From: an uncultured Planctomycetota bacterium
GTDB taxonomy: Bacteria > Planctomycetota > Planctomycetia > Gemmatales > Gemmataceae
Assembly (NCBI GenBank): GCA_963849325.1
Contig: CAWKHF010000006.1
Span: 736,001-800,000, forward strand
Length of the DNA: 64,000 bases
Direction: 5' to 3'
Below are positions 53,022 to 61,264 of this stretch, one piece after another (within the stretch, counting starts at the first letter, position 1; every line of letters starts with the position of its first letter). The notes beneath the pieces were generated by a model, which saw nothing but the letters and a program-made list of their open reading frames with translations, was not told the DNA's origin and made no database searches. The translations under genes and the position numbers were made by a program.

Positions 53022-53713
53022 ATGAGCGCGGAACCTTCTCTGCCGGCGAACTTCAGCGGTCGGGTTCGTCTGTTCCCCTTGCCGAACCTCGTCCTTTTCC
53101 CCGCCGCGGTGCAGCCGCTGCACATCTTCGAGCCGCGTTACCGCGAGCTGATGGCCGACGCCCTGGAGGATGACCGTCTCCTCGCCATGGCCGTGCTCCA
53201 ACCCGGTTGGGAGCCGCACTACCACGATCGGCCGCCGATCTCTCCGATGGTCTGCGTCGGCCGAATCCTCCAGGAGGAACACCTGCCGGATGGGCGCTAC
53301 AACCTGCTGCTCCACGGGCTGAGCCGGGCACGCGTTCTGGGAGAGCTGGAAACGGACAAATCGTATCGCATAGCTCAGGTAGCGGCGCTGGTGGATGTGC
53401 CGCCGGCCTCGCCCGCCGTGGAGCAAGAGCTGCGGCGGAAACTGACCGAGTGCCTGCACGCCTGGTTCGCCGCGCAGAGCGCCGACCTCGATCCGCTGCG
53501 CAACTCCTGGAGAGCGGCCTGTCGCTGGGAACGCTGTGCGACATCTTCAGCTTCACCTTAGGCCTGGAGGTGGAGGTCAAACGGCAACTGCTCGAACAGG
53601 TCCACGTCGAGCGGCGCGCGCGGATGCTGCTGGACTACCTGGTCCCCCGACTGCCGACCCAATCGGCGCCGGAGACGCCTCGCCGCTTCCCGCCGGACTT
53701 CAGCGCCAACTGA
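53022..53713 (+). CDS. LON peptidase substrate-binding domain protein (frameshift near 53500)
   Basis: LFPLPNLVLFP, PLHIFEPRY, LPDGRYNLLL, KRQLLE. Confidence 0.88.
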
Positions 53714-53837
53714 GCGCCCTCCTTTCGCCTCGTGCTTATCGGAGAAATTGCTTGCCGTGGGCTGATCCTGTGGCCATGATGGGGGCATGCACGCCGGCAG
53801 GACGGCTGCGACCTCTTCTCCCTGAAAGGAAACCACG

Positions 53838-54905
53838 ATGCCGGACCATGCGAACGCGAGTTGCCCCGAATGCGCCGACTCCTTCGAGGGTCGGGAGTCT
53901 TTCGATCGACGCGATTTCATCCGCGTCGTCGGCGGTCAAGCGGCCGCCCTGGCGGCCCTCGCCGGCGGCGCCGGCGCGGCCGGCCGTGTCTTCGCCGCCG
54001 AGGACGCCAAACTGAAGAAAGTCAAACGCCCGGTCAAGCCGGCCGAAGACCTGGTCCGCGAGCTGTACGCCAGCCTGTCGTCGGACCAGAAGAAGGACGT
54101 CGTGCTGGCCTGGGACCACGGCTCCGAGGGCGGCAAGCGCCGGCCGACCCGCCTGCGCATGTTCAACGCCCCGATCGGCAAGCAGATCGCCAAGGTCTAC
54201 ACCAGGCCGCAGCAGGAGTTGATCGAGCGCATCCTGCGGGCGATCTGCTCGGACGAGGACGGCTATCGCCGCATCAGCCGTAATGGCAACTTCGACACCA
54301 GCGGTTCGCTGGCCGGCTGCGGGGCCACGCTATTCGGCGAGCCGGACGGCGGCAAGAAATACGCCTGGGTGTTCACCGGCCATCATCTGACGGTGCGCTG
54401 CGATGGCAACTCGGAACCGGGTGCCGCTTTCGGCGGGCCGATGTACTATGGGCACAGCCCCAACGGCTACAGCGAAAGAAACGTCTTCAACTACCAGACG
54501 AAGAGCGTGCTGAGCGTCTATACCGCCCTGTCCGAGGAGCAGCGCAAAAAGGCCGTCGTCACCGGCACTCCCGGCGAGGGCGAATCGTCCATTCAGTTCA
54601 AGAAGAAGATCGAGGAGCAGCCGGGTATTCTTTACAAGGACTTGAAGGCGGACCAGCAACAGCTCGTCGAGAAGGTCATGCGCGACATCCTCTCGCCATA
54701 CCGCAAGGAAGATGTCGATGAGGTCATGGACATCATCAAGGCCAACGGCGGCATGGAGAAGATTCACCTGGCCTTCTACCCGGATCGCCGCATGAACGAC
54801 AACGAACCGTGGCACTTCTGGCGGCTGGAAGGGCCGGGCTTCGTGTGGAACTATCGCGTCCTGCCGCACGTTCACACCTACGTCAACATCTCCGCCAAGG
54901 TGTGA
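53838..54905 (+). CDS. DUF3500 protein with Tat-type signal
   Basis: DRRDFIR; FGEP, FTGHHLT, FWRLEGP, PHVHTY. Confidence 0.82.
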   Translation: MPDHANASCPECADSFEGRESFDRRDFIRVVGGQAAALAALAGGAGAAGRVFAAEDAKLKKVKRPVKPAEDLVRELYASLSSDQKKDVVLAWDHGSEGGKRRPTRLRMFNAPIGKQIAKVYTRPQQELIERILRAICSDEDGYRRISRNGNFDTSGSLAGCGATLFGEPDGGKKYAWVFTGHHLTVRCDGNSEPGAAFGGPMYYGHSPNGYSERNVFNYQTKSVLSVYTALSEEQRKKAVVTGTPGEGESSIQFKKKIEEQPGILYKDLKADQQQLVEKVMRDILSPYRKEDVDEVMDIIKANGGMEKIHLAFYPDRRMNDNEPWHFWRLEGPGFVWNYRVLPHVHTYVNISAKV

Positions 54906-54920
54906 GACACGGGCGTTGAT

Positions 54921-54982
54921 TGTCCGAGCCGGAAGGGTAAGCGAGAGTGGACTTTCCCTCGCTTACCCTTCCGGCTCGGACA
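54921..54982. repeat. REP-like palindrome, family 2 (25-bp arms)
   Basis: tgtccgagccggaagggtaagcgag / ctcgcttacccttccggctcggaca; related to 48453-48529. Confidence 0.9.
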
Positions 54983-55113
54983 GTTGGCAAGTGAGATGAT
55001 TTGCGCGGGAGCGTCGATCGAGTGATAAGATAACGAGAAGAAGGTTCCGCTTGACGCAGGTCTCCTCGTCCCTTAGAAGCCCACGGGGAATCGCCACTTT
55101 AGGAGGTTTCGCC

Positions 55114-55629
55114 ATGCCAACGCTGACGGCCCCGTCACTCGATCGACGGCTCTTGCAGACGGTGAAAGAAGAGGTCGAGGCCAAATCCGTCCGCGACTGG
55201 CCCCCGGAATCGGTTGAGCTTTGCTTGGTCCTCTTGCGGCAAATCCGCGAGACGACCGCCGGTATGCTCCGGACCCTGGAGGAAGTCCTGGCGGGAGGCG
55301 TCGAGGCTCGCTCCTTCGTCCGCGATGGCGTTCCTCTCCTGGCCGCCGCGGAGGACCGCGTCGCGACCATTCGGGAGTTTCTCGAAAAGCTGTCCTCGTC
55401 GGAAGACGCCGCTTCCGCAAGACTCTTGGCCGTGTTGCACTCCTTGGAGGAGAAAGAAAAGGCTTTCCGCGGCCTTTTGGCCGAGGCGTTGGCCCGAGTC
55501 TCGGCGCCGTCCCCGTCGATGGATTGGGACCGTCTCAAGCGGGAAGCGGATGCCGACTTCGCCGATGGTCATATGGTGAGTTTTGCAACCACCGAGGAGA
55601 TGTTCGAGGGGTTGGCAAATCCTGATTGA
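55114..55629 (+). CDS. Helical hypothetical protein with antitoxin-like C-terminus
   Basis: AGGAGG RBS; ends ...EADADFADGHMVSFATTEEMFEGL. Confidence 0.65.
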   Translation: MPTLTAPSLDRRLLQTVKEEVEAKSVRDWPPESVELCLVLLRQIRETTAGMLRTLEEVLAGGVEARSFVRDGVPLLAAAEDRVATIREFLEKLSSSEDAASARLLAVLHSLEEKEKAFRGLLAEALARVSAPSPSMDWDRLKREADADFADGHMVSFATTEEMFEGLANPD

Positions 55630-55643
55630 CCCGGAGGTTGGAT

Positions 55644-55929
55644 GTGCGTTACAGGCTCGAATTCCGCGCGTCCGTCCGCGATTATCTCCGGCAGCTGCCT
55701 CTTACGCGCGAAGGTCGGAAGACTCCACGCGAATCTGATTCCGTTGACCGCTGAAGTCCCGGACTCCTTTCAGTCTGATCCGGCCAACCGACCCGATCCG
55801 TCTTCTCCCTTCTACCATTTCACCTATCACTTCCGGGACGGGGGCCGCTGGTGGAGGCTCTTTGTCGTCGTGGATGACTCAACAGCTGCCTACGGCGTCC
55901 TGCGCATTGTTTACGCCGACTGCCAGTAA
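55644..55929 (+). CDS. RelE/ParE-like toxin (frameshift near 55720)
   Basis: GGAGG + GTG: MRYRLEFRASVRDYLRQLPLTREGR joined to RLHANL...WRLFVVVDDSTAAYGVLRIVY. Confidence 0.55.
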
Positions 55930-55949
55930 TGAGAAGCACAAGTGAGTGA

Positions 55950-55998
55950 GAAAGGTCATAGGGTCTTTTTCGCTCCGAAAAAGACCCTATGACCTTTC
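55950..55998. repeat. Perfect 23-bp-arm palindrome between convergent genes
   Basis: gaaaggtcatagggtctttttcg-ctc-cgaaaaagaccctatgacctttc. Confidence 0.88.
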
Positions 55999-56150
55999 CC
56001 TGCATTCAGACAAATCCCTCTTCTTCTTCTTCAGGGAGCTTAACCCGTCGCATTGTCTTTCAGGACAGTTCAGGCTCGACGCCTGCATGCTCCGTTTACT
56101 CGGTAGGGAACCTGGTGGCCTCCTCTAAGTCGTTGCGCAGGGTAGGTCGC

Positions 56151-57287
56151 TTAGAACAATTTTTGTTTGACCATCTCAAGGAACGCGGTCACGTTCGATA
56201 CACAAGGAACTTCCGAAACCATAGCCACATCTCCGTCAGATGCACGAACCGGTGGAACCGTGTGTTCGACCATCAAGGCTTTAATGCGCTCCCAATTTAT
56301 CGCATCGTCTGCCAGAAAGCCTGGGCTGGCCATCGCCTTTCCTCCAGCAGCATGGATTCGTTCAAGTTGCCGGTGGATGCCGAGATATTCGGTTCGGTTC
56401 ATGACGCGGGCAGGGCCGAGCATGATCCCTCTCATAACCTCGTTGTAATGTTTCGCGTGCAGGAGTCCTTCTTCGATTAGCACCTGACGGAGTTCATAAC
56501 CGATGGTTTCTGCAAGGCCGCCAGCGGGGGCTTGCGACTCCAGTCTCTGGAGCATTCGGAAGACTGCGTGATCAGGACGGGGAGTCGCAAGGGCAAGGCT
56601 ACAGACAATCACTGTCAATCGGTCGATCGTCACCGGGACAACATTATGCTCATAACGCGGCTGCGACAGGATATTCCGGATCCCGTCGTAAAACTCGGTT
56701 TCAATGGCGGATGCGGGCCATGTATGGGTGTTGTAAGCCATATTGGTTTTCAGCCACTGATCGATTCGCCGCGCCATACCCTCTGCCAAGAGGCCGGGAG
56801 AGAACGGCCGAAAGCGTTTTCCCGGCGTCACAAACCCGGCCATCATCTCTGTGTATGTTCCGTTTGTTACTTCCTGCTGTTCGACCGTCCAAGGTCCGCT
56901 CCCACCCATGTAGGGAAAGTCCATTGGTGAAAACAGCAGTTTGGTCTCGTCCGCAAATTGTTGTGCCCGGTAACGTATATCGGCGTGGTTTGTGCCCTCA
57001 TGGTCAGGTAAGGTTGCCAGCTTCGGAAGGATTTTGTGATAGCCATTGATCTCTCCCCCAGCGGCTGAAATATCCCCTGCCAGTTGGAATGCCGAGTGGA
57101 CTCCGAAATCCACCAATTCGGCGAGGATTCGGAATCCTGGGTTACTGCTAATCAGCTGTAAATAGTGAATGTACTCATGGGAGAAGGACATAGTCATGAC
57201 CGCGTTGGCCGGCATACCAGCCAAGTCAGACGATGATCCACGATCCGAGACATCGATCCTACACGAGAAAAAGTCGAAATACGCCAT
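56151..57287 (-). CDS. Hypothetical HEXXH-motif protein (putative Zn peptidase)
   Basis: SFSHEYIHYLQ and downstream LLAEGMA; long open frame; more AT-rich than its neighbours. Confidence 0.65.
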   Translation of the reverse strand: MAYFDFFSCRIDVSDRGSSSDLAGMPANAVMTMSFSHEYIHYLQLISSNPGFRILAELVDFGVHSAFQLAGDISAAGGEINGYHKILPKLATLPDHEGTNHADIRYRAQQFADETKLLFSPMDFPYMGGSGPWTVEQQEVTNGTYTEMMAGFVTPGKRFRPFSPGLLAEGMARRIDQWLKTNMAYNTHTWPASAIETEFYDGIRNILSQPRYEHNVVPVTIDRLTVIVCSLALATPRPDHAVFRMLQRLESQAPAGGLAETIGYELRQVLIEEGLLHAKHYNEVMRGIMLGPARVMNRTEYLGIHRQLERIHAAGGKAMASPGFLADDAINWERIKALMVEHTVPPVRASDGDVAMVSEVPCVSNVTAFLEMVKQKLF

Positions 57288-57535
57288 AATTATTCCTGAT
57301 GATGTATTAAAGTCAGCGCTGTGTGTTACCCCTGGCGAAGGAAGCAACCAGTCAATCGATCCAACCTCGCCGAACTACTAGCTAGGGCGTGTCGCGCGTT
57401 CTAACTCCCTCCCGTCAATTCTCGCCTGGGGCGCTTGCCTGTCAAGCGAAGTCGTAACTCCCGGCCAATCTTTCCGATTGTCCCCACAGCGCCGGGGGTA
57501 TCTCTACCCCCGGCAAGCGAGGTTCTGTGAGGCGA

Positions 57536-58431
57536 TTACATGAACTCCTCAACCAACTCACGGCGCTGGTCCTTGGTCAGGCCGCGCGCCTTGCCGACGA
57601 GTGGGCCGTCCTGCAAGGCCGCGTCGAGCTGATCCAGCGACGGGCGCGGATTGGGGTTTTTGTAGAACAGGCCAATGGGGATTTTCGCGCCCATTCCAGC
57701 GCCCGGTCCATCGCCGCGTGGAAGTCGGTCGAATCGTGGCCGTTGTCTTCCAGGCGGTAGACGTGATCGCGGAACCAGTGATACGTGTTCTGCTTGTTGA
57801 AGGTCACGCACGGGCTGAACACGTCGATCAGGGCGAAGCCGGGGTGCTGAATGCCGTCCATGTACAGCTTGAGCAGGTGCTTGGGATCGCCGCTGAAGCC
57901 GCGGGCGATGTAGCCGCAGCCGATGGCCAGGGCCAGGGCCAGCGGGTTGAGCATGTGCTCCAGGTTGCCGCCCGGCGTGCTCTTGGTCACCATGCCGTGC
58001 TCGCTGGTCGGCGATACCTGACCCGTCGTCAGGCCGTAAATCTCGTTGTTCATGACGATGTAGGTCAGATTGATGTTGCGACGCATGGCCTGGATGAAGT
58101 GGTTCAAGCCGATGCCATAACCGTCGCCGTCGCCGCCGGTGGCGATGACGGTCAGGTGATGGTTGGCCAGCTTGGCGCCGGTGGCGAAGGGCAAGGCCCG
58201 GCCGTGCAAGCTGTGTACGCCGTAGGAGCGGAAGAAACCGGGCAGGTTCGACGAGCAACCGATGCCGGACACGACCAGCAATTCATGCGGCCGAATCTCC
58301 AGCTCGGCGCACGCCTTCTGCAAGACGTTGAGCACACCGAAATCGCCGCAGCCCGGACACCAGTCCGGCGCCACGTCCGCTTTGAAGTCCTTCACTTCGA
58401 GTTTGCGAGGGGTTGCGGTCAGGGTCGTCAT
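57536..58431 (-). CDS. 2-oxoacid:ferredoxin oxidoreductase beta subunit (frameshift near 57690)
   Basis: DWCPGCGDF, SGIGCSS, LHGRALP, GGDGD, NNEIYGLTTGQ, SPCVTFN. Confidence 0.95.
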
Positions 58432-58465
58432 TATGGAGAACTCCTTCGTTCGGTTTCGTGAGGGA

Positions 58466-58867
58466 TCAGGCTTTGTCCCGGCGGAAAATGATGCACAGGT
58501 GCTGCGTGTCTCCCTCGGGAGGGAAGGCGCGCATGCGGTTGCCGGTGCCCGGCTCGGCCGGGCACCAAATGAGATGATCGCCATCCAGTTCGTAGATAAT
58601 CAGCGACGTCTTGCCGCGGTGCTTCTCCGGGCCTTCGCGGATGGTCATGTCCATCATCTTGGGCTTGGCCGTCGGATCGAGGGTGTAGGTGCCGAGGTAA
58701 ACGTCGCCGTTCTTGAAGGTGACGGTGAAGTGTTCGCCGGCGATGAGCATATGCGCCTCGCGGATGCCGGAGACGAATTTCCACATCCCTTGCAGGCGCT
58801 CTTTATCTCTTCCGGCGGCAGCTTCGCGCGCCAGGTCGGGGTCGAGTAACGCGGTTTCCATGAACAT
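58466..58867 (-). CDS. TIGR03067 domain protein
   Basis: LQGMWKFVS, GTYTLDPTAKPKMMD, IYELDGDHLIWC. Confidence 0.85.
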   Translation of the reverse strand: MFMETALLDPDLAREAAAGRDKERLQGMWKFVSGIREAHMLIAGEHFTVTFKNGDVYLGTYTLDPTAKPKMMDMTIREGPEKHRGKTSLIIYELDGDHLIWCPAEPGTGNRMRAFPPEGDTQHLCIIFRRDKA

Positions 58868-58895
58868 CTCCCTTGATGAGATAGCCTCTCGTTCT

Positions 58896-58991
58896 CCCCT
58901 CTCCCCCGCTTCGGGGGAGAGGGGTTGGGGGTGAGGGGGCGGCGTCTCCCCCTCACCCCCAACCCCTCTCCCCCGCTTCGGGGGAGAGGGG
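58896..58991. repeat. Composite REP-like element (ccctcacccccaacccctctccc / ggggagagggg type)
   Basis: Two cccctctcccccg-ctt-cgggggagagggg hairpins joined by an inverted ggggttgggggtgagggg / cccctcacccccaacccc. Confidence 0.85.
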
Positions 58992-58999
58992 GGCAGTTC

Positions 59000-60889
59000 T
59001 TAATGCGTGGTGGCGGGGGCAACGCCGGAAAGCCGGCCGGCCCAGTCGGCGCTGGTGCCGCTGGGATGGTCGGTACGCCAGCCCGGCTCGGTGGATTGCA
59101 CAATGACCACCTCCGCCTTGCCGTCCAGGATGTCCTGGACGCCGGCGACGACGTGCTTCGGTTCCAACGGTTCGCCGTCGTATTTGCGAATGTGGCCGTT
59201 GGCCGCGATGCCGGTCTCGGCCCGCAGGTGGCGGGCGAACTGGCCGCTCTGGTTGTTCTCGACCACGATGATGCGCCGGCTGCGGCCGAGCAACTTCTGC
59301 ACCTCGCGCACCTGGAACGGCAGCAGATAACGCACCTGCAGATGATTGGTCGAGACCCCCTCGCGGTTGAGACGTTCGACCGCCTCGGTCAGCACGCCCC
59401 AGGTCGAACCCCAGCCGACCAGCGTTACCTCGGCGTCGGCCGGCCCGCTGAACAGCGGCGGCGGCAGATGGGCCAGCACCGTACTCATCTTGCGGACGCG
59501 CTTGTCCACCATTTTCTGACGCCGCACCGGGTCGGTGAAGACGTCGCTGAGCAGCACGCCGTCCTCGTCGTGCTCGTCGCTGGCGGCCACGTACAGATGG
59601 CCGGGCACGCCGGGCACGGCGCGCGGCGAGATGCCCGACTCCGTGTTCTTGTAGCGCAGGTACGGCTCGCCATTGGCGTGATGCGCCTCGCCGTTGCTCG
59701 AACCGTTGCCGCTGGGCAAAATCACCTCGCCGCGGTCGATCTCCAGGATCTGCTCGAACACGGCGGGATCGACGGTCTCGTTGCCCTCGCTGAGAAGCAG
59801 GTCGGAGACGACGATTACCGGGCACTGGTAGCGATCGGCCAGGTTGAAGGATTGCTGAATGACGGCGAAGCAATCGGGAATGCTGAGCGGAGCGACGATG
59901 ATGCGCGGGAAATCGCCCTGGCTGGCGCCGATGGCCTGGTTGAGGTCGCCCTGTTCGGTCTTAGTCGGCACGCCGGTGGACGGCCCGGCCCGCATGACGT
60001 TGATGGCGACGACCGGCGTCTCGAAGATGCCGGCCATGCCGATGGCCTCGGTCATCAGAGCGAAGCCGCCGCCGGAGGTGGCGCACATGCCGCGCACGCC
60101 CATGTGGTTGGCGCCGATGGTCATGTTGATGACGGAGATTTCGTCCTCGACCTGGCGCACGCAGATGCCGAGCTGCTTGCCGTGGGCGGCCATCCAGTGC
60201 AGGACGCCGGAAGCCGGACTCATCGGATAGGCACAGTAGAATTTGCAATCGGCCATCGCCGCAGACATCGCCAGCACTTCGTTGCCGGTGACGAGCGCCC
60301 ATTTCTGGTCTGTCGGCGTCAGCTGGCGCGGCATCGGCTGGAAGTGTTGGCCGGCGTAGTCGAAGCCGGCCCGCGCCGCCTCGACGTTGGTGCCGATGAC
60401 CTTCGGCTTCTTGGCGAAGGTGGTGCTGATGACCGATTCGAGTCCGGCGAAGTCCAGGCCCATCAGGCGCATCACGGCGCCGACGGCGACGGTGTTCTGC
60501 ATGACCGGCAGTTCTTTGTAGGCGGTGGTCAAGTCAGGCACGGGCAGCGGGCAGAGCTGCACGCCCCTGGGCGGCTCGTAGCTGGGTTTGACCTTGGCGC
60601 TGTTGTACAGGGCCACCCCCCCAGGCCCCAACTCTTGCAGATGACGGTCGAGCGTATCCTGATTCAAGGCGATCAAGCCGTCGATCTGATCGCCGTGATT
60701 GAGCGGTTTGTGCGCCGAGACGCGCAGGCGCAGCCAGGAATGTCCGCCGCGAATGACGGACTGGTAACTGTTGTAGGCGTAAACGCCCTGCCCTTGCCGG
60801 GCCACGGCCAGGGCGAGCGTGTTTCCGGCCGAGGCGACGCCGTCGCCCGCGGCCCCACCGATACCGACGATCAGGTTGGCATGGTCCAT
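59000..60889 (-). CDS. 2-oxoacid:ferredoxin oxidoreductase alpha subunit
   Basis: IGGAAGDG, SVIRGGHS, TGNE, AYPMSPAS, EDEI, ATSGGGFALM, RAGPSTGVPTKTEQGD, GWGST. Confidence 0.95.
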   Translation of the reverse strand: MDHANLIVGIGGAAGDGVASAGNTLALAVARQGQGVYAYNSYQSVIRGGHSWLRLRVSAHKPLNHGDQIDGLIALNQDTLDRHLQELGPGGVALYNSAKVKPSYEPPRGVQLCPLPVPDLTTAYKELPVMQNTVAVGAVMRLMGLDFAGLESVISTTFAKKPKVIGTNVEAARAGFDYAGQHFQPMPRQLTPTDQKWALVTGNEVLAMSAAMADCKFYCAYPMSPASGVLHWMAAHGKQLGICVRQVEDEISVINMTIGANHMGVRGMCATSGGGFALMTEAIGMAGIFETPVVAINVMRAGPSTGVPTKTEQGDLNQAIGASQGDFPRIIVAPLSIPDCFAVIQQSFNLADRYQCPVIVVSDLLLSEGNETVDPAVFEQILEIDRGEVILPSGNGSSNGEAHHANGEPYLRYKNTESGISPRAVPGVPGHLYVAASDEHDEDGVLLSDVFTDPVRRQKMVDKRVRKMSTVLAHLPPPLFSGPADAEVTLVGWGSTWGVLTEAVERLNREGVSTNHLQVRYLLPFQVREVQKLLGRSRRIIVVENNQSGQFARHLRAETGIAANGHIRKYDGEPLEPKHVVAGVQDILDGKAEVVIVQSTEPGWRTDHPSGTSADWAGRLSGVAPATTH

Positions 60890-61264
60890 TACTTCAGTCC
60901 CCCGCCAAAATGGAACAACTCGGGCCACGAATCCCCCAACGGCCGTCCGCGAATGCGGACGGAACGTGGCCCCCTCGTGCAATCGTCCTCTGCTCTCGAA
61001 CCGTCGTTGTTGCGTGTGCCGCGGCGCGAACGGACTCGTTCGGAATGGACAAGCGTCGGCGGCAAAAACCGGAATCTTCCCCGATCATAAGAGGTTTTTC
61101 GCCGCGTGCAACTGAATAACGGTTGCGATTCTGTTTTCTCCCATTTTTTCCTTGACGCGCTCGCCAGGTGAGACTACCTTACTTCTTCGTTAGCATTTTC
61201 TCATTTACTTCCAGACCGTTGACACGAGAGATTCCGTCGTTTATCGCCCGCGAGGATCGCACCT

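Noticed and set aside
58925-61090. 721-aa plus-strand ORF
   Set aside because: Antisense shadow of the oxidoreductase alpha gene, typical of high-GC DNA. The same applies to 42403-44160, 44730-46106, 33292-34674 and 22038-23555.
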